Below, piece by piece: positions 36,976 to 51,099 of a DNA stretch of 64,000 nt. How positions within the stretch are numbered: position 1 is the stretch's first letter; each line of letters starts with the position of its first letter. The notes beneath the pieces were generated by a model. It saw nothing but the letters and a program-made list of their open reading frames with translations, was not told the origin of the DNA and searched no databases. The stretch is from the NCBI RefSeq assembly GCF_009834535.1, contig NC_045697.1:64234001-64298000 (forward strand). Direction: 5' to 3'. Position numbers and translations under genes: made by a program. The stretch comes from Camelus ferus. Its lineage: Eukaryota.

Positions 36976-38140
36976 ACTGCTGTTAAAACCAGAAGTTATA
37001 TACTTGTACTACAAGTACTAATATACTTCTAATATTAGCTGATATAAAATTAAGGGCTAATATAAAATATGAAGTCAGATACTTTGTCTATAAGCAGTAG
37101 CAGCAAAACTCTTCCATAGTCAACCGAATGTGGCTCCTCTCTGCTCATAAAGTATTTTAAAGTAAGTTTTCCAACCATACAAAAATACAGTGATAATGAA
37201 AATCCCTTTGGTAGAGAAAGAATTAAGTGGGTCACTTTTTTATTTACTTTTATTCAGCTTAATACCAAAGAACTATAACTTACATTTGAGCTATAAAAAA
37301 CTGGGGCTTAGGTCAGTTAACACTGGGAAATAATAGCAAGAAGCGTGGCAGACACATTTCTAGATTTCCTTCCCCATCAGTGGAGTGAAGAGCAGAAATG
37401 AGTCCTACCTTCTGTTTAGAGAGATAGCACTTATAGAATGGCTTGCTGAGAAATGAGCAAATAATTGTTTCATGGAATCTATGATTCAGTATCTCCCTAA
37501 TCTTGTCTGCTTTTAAATCTTATATGGACCATAAATAGATCACCAAATGAAGTTATTTTGAATGGCTCAGGAATGTATACACTGTGTACCCCTTTGAAAG
37601 TCTCACACAGCTTAGATATGGAGTTGTGTTTGTTCAGGGAGTTTACATTGACAGCATTCACTTTCTCACAACAAATTTGCTTTGAAGTTTTCCAATACGT
37701 TTAATAAATATGAAGTATTTAAAAAGTGATTTTTAAAAACTCCACTCTGTTAATAAATTTACAACTATGAAACCTGAGCTTGATTTCCTTATGCAAATAT
37801 AGGTCTAAGCTGTACCATGCTGAGCAATGGACACAATAAAATTACCCAGTCCAGAGACTTGATGAGAACTGTAATTTCTTCAAACTATCCTAATTGTCCC
37901 AAAACTTAAACAGATTCACACAGCTCTTAATATAATAAAATAAACAGAAAATATGGAAAACAGTAAAATAGGAATATATATTTTAATTTCACCACTTAAG
38001 TCAAAATAATCTGAAATAAGGTTGAGTATTAACCTAATAATTCATTCCACTACCAGGGCTAGTGTGTTTTTCTTAAGTTTAATGCCACTGCTACTAATAG
38101 GCTTTTTCTCATGGTCAAATAAGTGTATTAACTTTATTGA

Positions 38141-38192
<52 letters not shown>

Positions 38193-38219
38193 GTAGATAG
38201 ATAGATAGATAGACAGACA

Positions 38220-38291
<72 letters not shown>

Positions 38292-38304
38292 CAGACAGAA
38301 AGAC

Positions 38305-38347
<43 letters not shown>
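38141..38347 (+). repeat. Compound microsatellite (AGAT)n-(AGAC)-(AAAG)n, about 207 bp
   Basis: Directly visible. It generates the low-complexity ORFs 38042-38494 and 38115-38351. Confidence 0.97.
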
Positions 38348-38995
38348 CCATAGTTGCATTCTAATCACCAACTGATCTGTATGTCTTACTGGTTCTCTCG
38401 GTTCATACGTCTTTATGTCTTTATATAGGTGCAAGTATGTAATTATATTAATGCTGTGACTCACCATTAAAGTCCTTTTTAAAGGCCAGCACATTTGTTC
38501 TTATTGCTTCTTGATTATTCAATGCATGCATAATTCTATAAATAAAAAACAGAAAAAGAAGAAATAAGGAAAATGGATAAAATTGAAAGGCACACGCTAT
38601 GATGTGATAATTATAAAGAACAGTGATAACTTTCGTTATTGAATTTTACTTAGTCAAAGTGCTTAACCAAAGTTTCAACTGGTAAAACAGGATTTGAAAC
38701 ACAGCTTAGGACTCACAGGGAATTTGGACTTTTTTCTACTGCCTGCACTGAACTCAGGCAACCCAGTCAAAGAAATGTCCTATGGCTGTTCTATATAGAG
38801 TAGCTGCTGCTACTACTGTACCTTGGTCTAGAAAGGGAGGAGCAAATATGATGTGAAGAGAATAAAATACTTTTTCTTAATTGTTCACAAGAAGCAGGAC
38901 GTTCCTGTTTCAGGGACCAAGACAGGAAACTGGAAATAACCCACTGCACCAATGTTGGTTTAAAATCTTGAGAGCTTCCCAGGTGAATTTGAAAT

Positions 38996-39365
38996 TGATG
39001 CCCACACACAGAGGGCAAGGAGAGACTGAAGAAAGAGGCAGGTCACTCCAAATTGCTAGGTTGTAGGTTTAATAAGCACGGAAACTTTCGTAACAGGCTT
39101 GTCTTGAGCAACTTCAAGACAAGTAGATCTCTGCACCCACCAGCCAGAATCTTAAAAGCTTATAGAGAGGTCTTAACTGGGTTCAGTCACACATACAGTC
39201 CAGGTAGGTGGTCTCAGCAACACATTGCTTTCTCAAGGCTGCATCCACGAAAACAGTTCCCATTGTGGGAATGGTGGGCAGAAAATACATTCCAAGGACA
39301 AGAAGAGTGGGTAACAAAGTTCAGACTGTCAAGAGGCCATTTCCTCTCAATGACCTCTTCCAACA
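38996..39365 (-). mobile_element. Solo LTR, probably ERV1 class
   Basis: TG...CA termini (tgatgccc...ttccaaca), GC-richer block, antisense ATTAAA signal ('tttaat', about 39068) and antisense TATA-like 'cttata' (about 39160). No clean TSD seen. Confidence 0.65.
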
Positions 39366-40624
39366 ACCAAGTCACCATAACAAGACTATAGTAACAGCTT
39401 TAGAATGTCTATATTATCTCAGAGGTCTATGTCTAGTTTTAACAGGAAATCATCAATATAACTTTAAGAGGGTCTGAAAGGAAAGTAAAGCCTTGTTCCC
39501 TAAAGTTATGCACTCTGCTCACTTCATGAGGAAACAGCTGATGTCAATAAAAATGTAGTTGAAATCGTTATTAAATATTTTCGTATAATGTGAACTTCAA
39601 AATAATTTCATATAATGTGAACTTCATTGTGTTTAAAATCTTGTGTGATCTTTGAATACTTTGAAACCCAAAAAGACTAATGAAATAAGCTGGGACAAAT
39701 TTCTGAAATTAAAAAAAATAATAAATTGAAGAAAGTCAAATTTTAGGGAAGCTTTAGTGAGTTTAATTTGACTTTGAACATATTTTCCACAAACTTCAAA
39801 GCTTAAATTAATATTTTATGTGCTACAGAGTAATTTTATACTGAATTTTATGCAAACACATGCAATTAAGTTGCATTTAATGTCTTAAAAAATTTCAAAT
39901 GATTTTTCTGAAGAAATAGCACTTCTAAAATTCACCAATAAGTATAAGTCTTATTGTTGTTGTTGTTAATTGTGCCATTTCTGAGAATTTATAGTTCTTA
40001 TTATTAGATATCTATTACTTTCTACATCTCACATAATAAACATTCTTACTAATACAAAAACAACAAATCTCACGCCTCTACTACTTTCTGTACTTTATAT
40101 CCTAGGCAATTTTTGTTTCCTCTTGTTTTTGGCTGAATGCATTTTTAATACATTCCAAAGAAACGGAGATTTAAGTGGGAGGTTGTGTAAAAGGAGAGAT
40201 AAAAAAAGCAGTGGGCTAGGATAGTTTGTATTATTTATACTAGTCTTTGTAGTAATATCTTTAATCTTTTTCAATCCACTTGAAATGATGCAAACTATGA
40301 CATGACAGCAAAGAACAAGCACTCCTTTCTAAAACATGAGCCATCAAATCTGTCCTGGAGCATGTTTGGGTAAAGCTCGTGCTTGCGGTTGTTAAGGGAA
40401 ATTTTCTTTATGAGTAGTTTACTTATGTGCTGAGAACTATGAAGAAAATGTTGTGACTATTGCAGTGGCTTTTGATGCTATTTACTGTACACTGTTAACA
40501 ATGGTTTTATGGTATCATTTATTATTATAGAACTTTAAGCAGCACGTTCTCCTTCCCAAGAGAACATATTTTTTGACGTTGCAGCTATACAGAAATAGAG
40601 CTATTTCTAAGTTCAACTGTGTAG

Positions 40625-40812
40625 ACTTGACTCTGTCTCTTGATGTAACCTTGGGTTAATTGTTTAATGCCTCTAAGTTTTATTGTTTTCATTTATAAAA
40701 CGGGATATCATTAACAAAACTCACAAAGAGTTTTTGAGATTATTTTAAAAAACATTTTAAAAATTCTTAGTATAGATCTTGACACATAGGATGCACTCAG
40801 AAATGTTATAGC
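40625..40812 (+). mobile_element. MIR SINE
   Basis: 'tgtaaccttgggttaattgtttaatgcctctaagttttattgttttcatttataaaacgggata'. Confidence 0.7.
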
Positions 40813-42254
40813 ATTTATAAGTAAATATATAATACATATAAGTATTAATTACATAACTTAATTATTAACCTCATCATCATCATTGTGGTTGCCCTTTTTT
40901 TAACACAGAAGTCATATACTTGGGTTGGGGACTTTGACTAACCCCTTGTTGTCTCACACGGTCTCTCCCGGTAACTTTCTAAGGAAACTTACATGAGTGG
41001 TGTCCTCGAAAAATGTTTCTCCTGTTCAGCAGAAGTCCATAAAAAGAAATTCTCTCTCACAGAAATTACTTATAACTAACAAAAGGGGACAAGTCTTTCC
41101 TGAAAGTCACACTTCTGTCCCTGGTAGGCAAGGGATTTCCATAGGAAAAAAATTAAAACTTCCTAGATGCTTACACATTAAAAGCAATCTAAGGAAAATG
41201 AATCCCCCCCATTCTTTACAGCTGATCTTTTTATTTTCACTTTGGCCAGCGGAAATCAGATTGAAAGAAGGTATTCAAAGACAATGAGATAAATTTTGGA
41301 TGTTGGTGTTGTGTGCTTTACTTCCAGTTTGCAATTTTGTGGTTAATGTCATAAAACCACAAAACCTAAAGAGCAAAAACTTGAATAGAAATACCTGAGG
41401 ATGGCATCACTATTTTATATTTTATATATCATTTTGCAACCTGTATATTGTATTTTCTTCTATAACTACCACACAGATTAGGTAATGTGTTTTGAAAAAT
41501 AATGTAGTGAAACTATTGATATTCTACATTTTGTTCTACTTGAAGTATGTTATTGATCAGATTCTAGTCCACAATATTTTAGCTCCACTGAAGTATGACA
41601 GCCACAGTCGTAAATTTTAGTATGGGTTATAAAAGGGTACTATATAAACGCCTCACTCAAAAATTGTTTCTCAGCAATATATGTCTTTGATGAAAGTACT
41701 TAAAATAACACGTTCCCATGTCAGCTGTAACCCTCTCATCAAGGTTCTGGGTCAAGTATTGAAAATTGCAGTGATAAAAGCTTAATTCCTATTACTCTGT
41801 GAAAAGCTACTATCATCATTTATATTTTAAAATTGTTTTTAACCCTGAATAAACTGAGTTGTACAGCTCAAAAAATATTTGGTTCAATTTTTGTTTCACC
41901 CACTCAGATTCACAAGAACATTTTTACTTTGGCTTTATAAAATCCAGATAAAGGAAAGCAGTATCAATAGTAGATTATAAACTTATTTTACTTTGATCAA
42001 ACAGGACCATAAAGCTCTAGCCAAATTATATCTGGAGATGGAGCAATTCAGACTGACTATACTTTAGTGCTCTGAAATTTTTAACACTTTTTCTTGGAAC
42101 GAATGGTAAGATTTCTTTTTCATTACTTGTTTTCTTTTTGTTTACTTTATGTATTCCCAGTTCTCTCTGGGAACTGTATGTTCCCAGTTCTCTTAAGTGC
42201 TGGTCTTAAAAGTTGAGGAGACAGATGCAGGATAAAACTCTAGGTTTTGAGTTT

Positions 42255-42470
42255 ACTAGGCTAGGGTGGGATTTATGGCAAAATTGTGTCTCAGACATTC
42301 CGACCCACTTCAGGGTGGTTTGCCCAATGTGAAGGGGTCACTCTGCCAGTTTTTAGGGGTTTTTTTCCCCAGAGGAAATTGTTCCATAAACTGTATAGCT
42401 ATAGATTCAGCATATTTGTGGGAGAAAGTGTGCTCAGAATCTTTCTACGTCACCCTCTCGAACGGAATCC
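42255..42470 (-). mobile_element. Isolated extreme 5' end (promoter region) of a laurasiatherian L1
   Basis: The reverse complement 'gtgacgtagaaagattctgagcacactttctcccacaaatatgctgaatctatagctatacag..atggaacaatttcctctg' matches the recalled L1 5'UTR start. Confidence 0.65.
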
Positions 42471-42965
42471 TCTGCATTCCCAGTTGTAATACAGATTTCT
42501 ACGTGGTCTGGGATCATCTGACTGTACAGACAGTATCTGCTGTTAAAAGCACTGACAACTTTGAAGACTTCTCCCCTCCTGTTTAACTCATTCCAGAGAA
42601 TAGAAGCCTCGTTATTTCACCACTAGGAGAAAAACCTTCTTTTTAAAGGTTGGGAGCTGATTATATATAAGTATTTGAGAATCTTAAATAGATTTTCTGT
42701 TACAAATGAAAGCCAGGTTGTAAAGACAGTTACCAGATAACATATGGAAAATTCAATTTCTTTCTCTTGGTACTTGTAATTTATTCTTGCTCCCATACGG
42801 TGTTACTCAAAAGCCTCTGTTTCTTAACACTCGCCATGCCCATTTCTTAGCATGTCTTCATGATTCTTAGTGTTTTTTCTTTGTTCATCAATATTAGTAA
42901 CAGCTCTTGCAAATGGGAAGGAGGGAAAAGCTTACCAAATATATAATATATACATAACTTAAAGA

Positions 42966-42979
42966 TATGTATATATATG

Positions 42980-43007
<28 letters not shown>
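42966..43007 (+). repeat. (TA)n-rich microsatellite
   Basis: Directly visible. Confidence 0.9.
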
Positions 43008-43010
<3 letters not shown>

Positions 43011-45029
43011 ACCACATTTATTTCATTAATGTTGATTATATTTTAAGTCTTAAATTACTAATGGGTTAAATTTTTTCATTCAACATAAATTTTACAGCAT
43101 CCTCACATTTTTCTAAACTGGTGGAAACAACATATCCAGTAGATATCTGTATTCTAGCCTACTTCCAAAATATTTCATCCTGTAGAAAACTTTCAAAGGG
43201 AAGTACATTTTTCTTGCTAATCAATTTGGTACATGGCTAACTGCAGTTTTGGTGATTAGCCAGTTTTCTGAAAACACTGTCATCTATCAAGAGTATACTA
43301 GGACAAAAAATTAAATTTATTATTCATTGTTTGAGATCTTTCATCTATTTGGAAATGAGCCCACAGGACCACGTCTTAAAAGAAGAAAAGGAATAGGTAG
43401 AGACATTTTATTCTGTAATTTTGGGCATGTTACTTTAAAAATGTTTCTATGAAGATTTCATGATGCTATGATGTAATATTCAGAGTGAGTGAGGCATAGC
43501 TGAGTATCCATAACCAAGGCATAAGTTCTCAATCAGTGTGTCATCAAGTCATTTTTTAAAAATTTTGCCACAGTGAATATGAATATTATGTTGGAAGAAG
43601 ACAATTAATACAGATGCTTTTATAAGTAATGCACAACATTAAATTATTGTACTAATGATAGATTTTCATTATTCCTCTTTAATTGTGTTATGGTAAAATA
43701 ATATTGTCATGTGTGTTATAAAAAATTTGCTAATCAGAAGTATAACAGAAGCACACAAAAGGTTGAAAGTCATTATCCTAAAGGTACAAGTGAGAAGAAT
43801 TTTTCATGTGTGTTTATTGATTTCTCTGAAACCTTTGGAATAATAATAAATGTGCATTTCTTAGTGTAATTTGGAGGTTCCACAGGAGTGGTAATTTATA
43901 AGAACACAGTAAAATGGTTTGGGGTTATTTAGTTTTACTTGATTATTCCTATGCTGTGAAAAAGACAAAAAAAAAACCTTTAAATACATGTACCAAGTTG
44001 TTTTTTGTTGTTTGAATTTTTAATAACAATCAATATTTTGAAGCAATGTATTTTAATTATATATGATATTACATATTAGTCATAATTTTATAATTTTCAC
44101 TCTTCTACCCTATCCCCCAAATTCACCCATAGCAGGTACAATCCAATTGATTTTAATAGAGAAATAATTATTATCCAACTGAATATAAGTCTGTCTTTCT
44201 TGACATTTCAGATATTTACACACATGTATTAATAAAAAATATAGTGTCACAAACTGATGGGACATGGAAAAATTGATTATGAAATTTTTACTGAAATATA
44301 AACTTATAATAACAGTAAAAACTGCAGATCATTTTCTACCATTTGTTAACATTATAGTTCGTTTCTTAATCTTCTTAAAATGTAAATGACTTCGAAATTA
44401 AAGTTTCATCTAGCCAGAAGAATTACATATGGTTTGAAAGGAAGAACCTTTGTCTACATACTTTGTCTATGTATTTTCTTATTGTAAATAATTTAGTACA
44501 TACCCATATGAAATTTGGTAGTCTATAAATTCTGTTGATTAAGATGTTTATTGCCAGGAATTACGATTAATATTAGCACCTTCTGATATACACATTTCCT
44601 CTCGGAAATTCAAAGCTGATTACTATTTTGGAATTATTTAAAGTTTCTCAATTAAGTGCTGGCCATGGAAAATCACATGTTATTTTGAACTAAGCTTACA
44701 AAAAACAATACCAAATTCTAATCATGGACTTAGACAGAGTATGCCTGAAGTACTGTTACTTCGATTAGAAATGTCTTAACGCATATGACATTAGTGTATC
44801 AAGATGGACAGTAGTTTGCCAAAACTCACATTTATTATCTACTTTGAGTATTTGTTGTCTAGAACTATATCTAAGGAATAACATGATAATTAGGATTTGA
44901 ATAGCACTTCTAGGTGTTCCACCATACATTTCTGTTTTCTCATTTAATATTTTTATTAACCTTAAAAATCAGAACTGAACTTTATCTCATACTTAGAGGA
45001 GAAAACAAATAATGAAAGAACAAAGTAAA

Positions 45030-45485
45030 ACAGAACAGTGATAAGATTGCAGTTGCAAGAGCCACAGGACTACACTGCTCAAGTCTTCCTTCAGAAGAGA
45101 CTTGCAGGAAATGTAGCGCCCAGCCTTCACCTGCTCCACCATCTGGATTTGCACTACCAAGTCCATGCTCCCTGGGTGCTCCCAGACAGTGTTGGAGCTT
45201 GGTGGAGCCATTCCTGCCTAATACGGGACAATTCTAGTAGGTGATCTTTGTCCTGGGCTTCCCTATTGGCCTGGCTGAGACTTTCTCAGAGCTGCACTGA
45301 AGTCTCAGGCTCTTTCTATGCCTGCCTTCCCTTCTTGAACAAATGTCAGACCAACATTGCAGTTTGCAGGCTCTCTACCTATGCCTGCTCTGCTCCTCTA
45401 TCTTACACAGGAATTTTGCAAAACAAATCTTTTGTAAGCCCAGTCCTGTCCTGGTACGTGCTAATGGAGCACCTGAGATACATGA
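45030..45485 (+). mobile_element. ERVL LTR (LTR40/LTR41-like)
   Basis: 'gggcttccctattggcctggctgagactttctcagagctgcactgaagtctcaggctctttcta...aaacaaatcttttgtaag'. Confidence 0.75.
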
Positions 45486-45799
45486 ATAGAGTATGAAGAG
45501 TTCTGATTCCAGGAATGGTGAAGAAGCATATTGCAGACTAACCTAATTACAGGGACAATTAGAAAAATTTGACAAAATCTGAAGGAAAAAATCAGAAGAA
45601 TCAGTAAACAATTAAAATATTGAGAATTTTCAAGACCAGATCTAGAGAGAAAAGAGCAGTGAGATACGCACCGCATTCTGAGTATTTTTACAGTAGAAGA
45701 TTTTCAGGAAGGAACAAAAGGACCAAAGGCTGGGATATAATCACACAAATAAACTATTTAGTTTCAAGCTAAATCTTGTATATTTAAAAAACTCAAAGA

Positions 45800-45925
45800 T
45801 CAGCTTTTGTATTTCAACGTGTAATAGTTATGTGACTTTGGGCAAGCTACTCAACCTCAATTTTCTTACTGTGAAATTAGTAAAATACTAATATACTCAT
45901 AAGTGTATCATAACTTTTGAGACAT
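45800..45925 (+). mobile_element. MIR fragment
   Basis: 'tagttatgtgactttgggcaagctactcaacctcaattttcttactgtgaaat'. Confidence 0.7.
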
Positions 45926-46011
45926 TTCTAGTTCTCTAAGAATACAGTCCAATATCTATTAAGCACTAATATTTTGTTAAAGGTCTAAAATCAGAAGTGA
46001 AATTCACACAG

Positions 46012-46052
<41 letters not shown>
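46012..46052 (+). repeat. (CA)n microsatellite
   Basis: Directly visible. Confidence 0.95.
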
Positions 46053-47389
46053 TTCCCTAGAAGACACTATTTTATTTAAAGTTGCCATTATTTTCACCAA
46101 AAATTCTTCTCTCAAATTACTTTTGAGATTCATTCACAAAACTTTTTCAATATTTACTCTTGGGTAGAAAGTGCAAAATGTAGACATTCTCATATATATT
46201 TAGAAACAATTTTTTTTTCAAAAGTGATGACTAAATATAGTCTCTGAGGGAGTGCATCAAAAATTTTAATTAGTGGTATGCCATAAAAACAAATATTTCA
46301 AGTGGTTGCTTATTACCCTGTATGTTTGACTATACAGTTTTTGTAATGCAAATTTACCTATAATGTGATGGAATCTTACGGAATATGACTTCATTATTCC
46401 AAACACTATTATTGTTTCAGTTTGGAATTAGGATCTTCTGGAAATCCTACTCTTATTTGGAAAAGAATACTGTCTCTTACCTTAGAGGCATATTACATTG
46501 GTGTGGTTTTACATATTCTCTACTAAAGCAGTGGGTAAAAAAATTCTATAATGCATAAATGTCTTTTTTCTACTCAAACAATTCGTATTGTAATGCATAT
46601 TGCTTTGACAATGTATGCTTCTTTAAGAATGCCCCTATCTAATTGCAGTGGAACAGAAGGTATACAGCGTTTTTCCATTTTAGAATGTCTAAAATATTCA
46701 TTAAGTATTTCTTGCAATTATCCTATTAAGTCAGCATTAATATTTCCACCATGCAAATGATGCATGAAGAAATTAAATAATGTAAATAAATCAAAAAGTT
46801 TGAATAATTGAACAAAAATGAATGACTGCAGCGTTTAGTCTGTGATCTACCATTCTAAAGTTTCACTGTTTACTGAATAATGATGTTGGACTGTAGTAAA
46901 CATTTTCCTCACATAAAAAAGTAATGATTTATGATATTATTAATTGTCCAAATGCCATCTGGACAGATGTGCCATTTCATTTGGAAATTAATTTTCAAAA
47001 AATATGCAGAAGTTTCAGAAATCATAATTTACTTCCATCTTCATACCATATTTGGTCAGTTGGCTATTACTTCCTAGGCTGTTGGCACTGATAATTTGGA
47101 CCAGTTTGTATTTCAAATCACTCAGGCACTTAATAGCTTATAAATGTTTACACTGGGACCAAAATGGAGAAGAAAACAATTTTTGAAAGAAAACATCAGT
47201 TTGTATAGCAGCCCTGGACAATACCCAGTAATGTTGGCTTCATTTTTTATTATTAGTTTCACTGTCTCTGTAGTTGAAGCCAATTCCTCATGCAGCCTTC
47301 CTTTGTATACCAGCCTAGTCTTTACAAAATAAAATCTCTGATATCATGTATCTTTGCAGAAGAAATCAAATATTCAAAGACATAAAATT

Positions 47390-47885
47390 TCTCATAGTTT
47401 TACTCAGTTCCCCCTGTATCTATGCCCTCAGATTATTGCCTCTGACACTGACTCTGAACCCAGCCATGCAAATTTCTTTGGCTAATAGAAAAGTGGCAAA
47501 TGTGGCACAAGCAGAAAGTTGAAAATTGCTTCTGCATGGGGATTTCCCCTTCTTGGTGCTACTGAAAGATGCCATCTCATTTGTAAAAATTCCCAGGGTA
47601 GCGTGTTGCTTGATGAAAAACAATAATCATATCACTCCTGTAACCCCAACTAATATATAGCTCCAATTGCCAGGCATACGTATCAGGCCACCTAGATCAA
47701 CAAGTCCTCGATGACCTGCCGAGTGACCACAGGTGCCTAGACAAGACCAGCTGACATCAACAGAGACTAGCCTACATCAGCTGAACTGTCTCGTCAACAC
47801 AGAAATTTGTGGGAAATAAGAAATGGTTATTTAAGAAACTAGTTTTTGGAGTGATACTTTTATGCAGCTAAAGCTAACTAATACA
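47390..47885 (+). mobile_element. MaLR solo LTR (MLT1G/H-like)
   Basis: 'ctttggctaatagaaaagtggcaaatgtggcacaagcagaaagttgaaaattgcttctgcatgggg'. Ends 'tatgcagctaaagctaactaataca'. Confidence 0.8.
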
Positions 47886-48664
47886 ACATAGTCTGCATGG
47901 TGAGTTATAAAAAACACTCACTCATTGGGCTTGCTTTCAAATTCCCAAAGGAAAAGTTTGCTGATAAATGTTTTAAATAGCAGCATCTAAGTTTTGCTTG
48001 TTTGTGTTTGAGAGGGGGTAGGTATAAGGAAATGCACTGGAACTCCATATAGAGTCTTTTTCTCAGAATTATGGAAGCCAAAAGGAAATTTTATTATCTT
48101 GCTTTCAATGGAATCAGTGGTTAATATAATAAAATATATGCAATACACTAATTATTTTAATATTAAAATCAAATGTGTTTATTTACATGCAATTTTGTAT
48201 TCTTTTAAGGCATTAAGTGAATTTTAGTTTTGCTGAAATTTTTAAGTAATTTAAAATCTTTCTGCAACTTCTGATCTGATCATTGCATTTCATATTCAAC
48301 AGCAACATAAAATAAAATTAGCTAAAAAGAGAAACAGCAGACTTTCCTTTTATTAGGTAGATAATAAGTAACTATTAGCACAGTATCCAACCATTAAAGT
48401 TTTCTTTCACTTTTCCTGGATCTGAGGGGATAGCTGAAGCTATCTATTCATTGGAAAAATTTAATGATTTATTGGCAGAAATTTGCTCCTCCTTTTTATT
48501 TACCTTATGTGATCAATTTATCAGTTTATTTTCTAATAGCAAGGAAAGAAACAAAGCCATACTTAATGATTAACACACAATTACATTTGAAGATTTTATT
48601 GAACATTTATAGGTTTTAATTATATTTTATGGAAAATATAGTTATGTCAAGATATAAAATAGCC

Positions 48665-49051
48665 TATGCATACAATGGAATGCTACTCAGCCATAAAAAA
48701 TATAATGCCATTTGCAGCAATATGGATGGAACTGGAGATCATAATACTAAGTGAAGTAAGCCAGAAAGAGAAAGAAAAATATCATATGATATCACTTATT
48801 TGTGGAATCTTAAAAAAATGGCACAAATGAACTAATCTACAAAACAGAAACAGACTTACAAACATAAAAAACAAACTTACAGTTACCAGATGGGAAAGGG
48901 CAGTAGGGGTGGAAGGATAAATTGGGAGTTCAGGATTTGCAGATACTAACTACTATATATAAAATAGATAAACAACAAGGTCCTACTGTACAGCACAAGG
49001 AACTATATTCAGTACTTCGTAATAGCCTATAAAGAAAAATAGTATGAAAAG

Positions 49052-49105
<54 letters not shown>

Positions 49106-49178
49106 CGTATAACTGAATCACTATGCTGTACATCAGAAACTAACATTGTAAACTGACTATATTTCAATAAAAAATAGA
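48665..49178 (+). mobile_element. Young L1 3' end with expanded (TA)n (about 49054-49103)
   Basis: 'catacaatggaatgctactcagccataaaaaa...acattgtaaactgactatatttcaataaaaaa'. Confidence 0.92.
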
Positions 49179-49544
49179 TGAAAGTAAAACAAAGCAGTTT
49201 ATGATTATAATCATTTACTGATAAACAGAAATCATTTTATTATTTATTAATAGCTCAATTTTACTAATTAAAAAAAATAAAAGACTACTGGTAGATTTAA
49301 GAAGTCAAATATGGTGAAGGAGGGGATGAAAACTGTAGTGTAAAAAGGTTTCTGGGCCAAGTATATACATCCTGAGGATATGTATCAAACATAAGCATAG
49401 TATTATCAAGTCATATTCCTAAGAGTTCAAAAGGGTAAAGTTTTTATATAATTACTGTAGTGTTTTCATTGCAAATTTTGTCTTTTACTTTGTAGCCAAG
49501 TAGGCAGTAACTTTAGAAACACATGGCAGAAGAATAACAATAAC

Positions 49545-50500
49545 AAAAAAGTGATAAACTCACTTCACAGCAGTTAGGATATCTATTATTAAAAACAAAA
49601 CAAAACAAAATTTTTTAAAAAGTAAGTGTCGGCAAAAGAGAAATGGAGAAATTGGAACCCTTCCAAACTGTTAGAGGGAATGTAAAATGGTGCAGCGACT
49701 GTGGAAACAGTATGGAGTTTCACCAAGAAATTAAGTTAGAATTACCATGTGATTCAACAATTTCACTTCTGGGTTTATACCCAAAAGAACTGAAATTGGG
49801 ATCTTGAAGTGGTATCTGCTCTGTCATGTTCATTGCAGCACTATTCACGATAGCCAGGTTATGGAAACAATCAAAATAACCATCAAAAGATAAATGGATA
49901 AAGAAAAGGTAGTATATGTGTACAATGGAATATTATTCAGATTTTAAAAAAAAAGAAGAAGATGCTGCCATCTGTGACAACCTGGATGAACCCTAAGAAC
50001 ACCATGCTGAGCTGAACCATGCAGTGTTTATCTTTCTTTGACTGCCTTGGCAGTCCAAATGATTCTACTTAAGAGTCCATAATTCTGCTTAGATGAGGTA
50101 CTGAAAATAGTCAAACTCATAAAATAAAGAGTACAGAATAGAATGGTGGTTATCAGAGGCTAGGGAGAGGGAGAAATGGGAAGTTAATTGCTATGAAGTT
50201 TTAGTTATACAAGATGAGTTAGTTCTAGAGATCTGCCGGACAGCATACTACCTATAGTTAATAATACTGCATTGTGCACTTCAAAATTTGTTAAGAGATC
50301 TCATGTTAAGTACACTTACCACACACACACAAAAAAAGACACAAGGAAAATCTGGAGGTGTTGGATTGGAAACTTTTGATTGTGGTGATGGTTTCACAGG
50401 TATATGCATACATACAAACTCATCAAATTGTATAGATGAAAAACGTACAGGTTTTTATATCAAATATACCCCAGTAAAGTTACTTTTAAAAAAGAAAAAT
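49545..50500 (+). mobile_element. L1MA10/L1MB-like ORF2 end plus 3'UTR
   Basis: 'tgtaaaatggtgcagcgactgtggaaacagtatggag' and 'caagatgagttagttctagagatctg'. Confidence 0.88.
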
Positions 50501-51099
50501 CTCTATAAATAAAATTGTACATTTTCCAAATTTTTCTTTCATATATCATCGATATTCTATTCTTAAAACATAATTACCCTCTATGGTCAGCAAAATGGCT
50601 ATAGAGGAAAAATTACTAATGAAATTAGAAACCAAAAGCCTTTAAAATCATGCATGATTCCAAAACAATTATGTTTGCTTTTGGATGGCAAATACTTTAT
50701 TTTTCAACAGAGTCATCCAATAATAATTTCTTCAATGATTTATAATATAATTAAGATTAGTTATAAATTATTAGGATACCTCATTTAAAGCTAGAAATAT
50801 ATATATATATATTTATATCATTTATAAACAAACTGGGATATAAAATGAAACAAAGCTGGCATTTAAATTTGTCACCGATGGTACAGTAACAAATATACCT
50901 GAGCAAATATATAATGTACATGGAAAAATAATTAGAAATTGCTTTAATCCAAGTCATCAAATATTTTACTACAATTATTTTACTAATCCAAGTAGTCAAA
51001 TACTTTAATACTAGTCTTAAAATTTCACGTGGCTCATTCCCCTTTCAGTCTCTCACGTATCTTGTAGCTACATTTATTTTGTGGTTCTAGAGCAATTAT

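Noticed and set aside
38042..38494. Longest ORF (150 aa, FFLS/IYLS repeats) as a membrane protein
   Set aside because: It is a read-through of the (AAAG)n/(AGAT)n microsatellite.
39053..39477. 112-aa and 89-aa ORFs
   Set aside because: They lie mostly within a solo LTR and show no gag, pol or env similarity.
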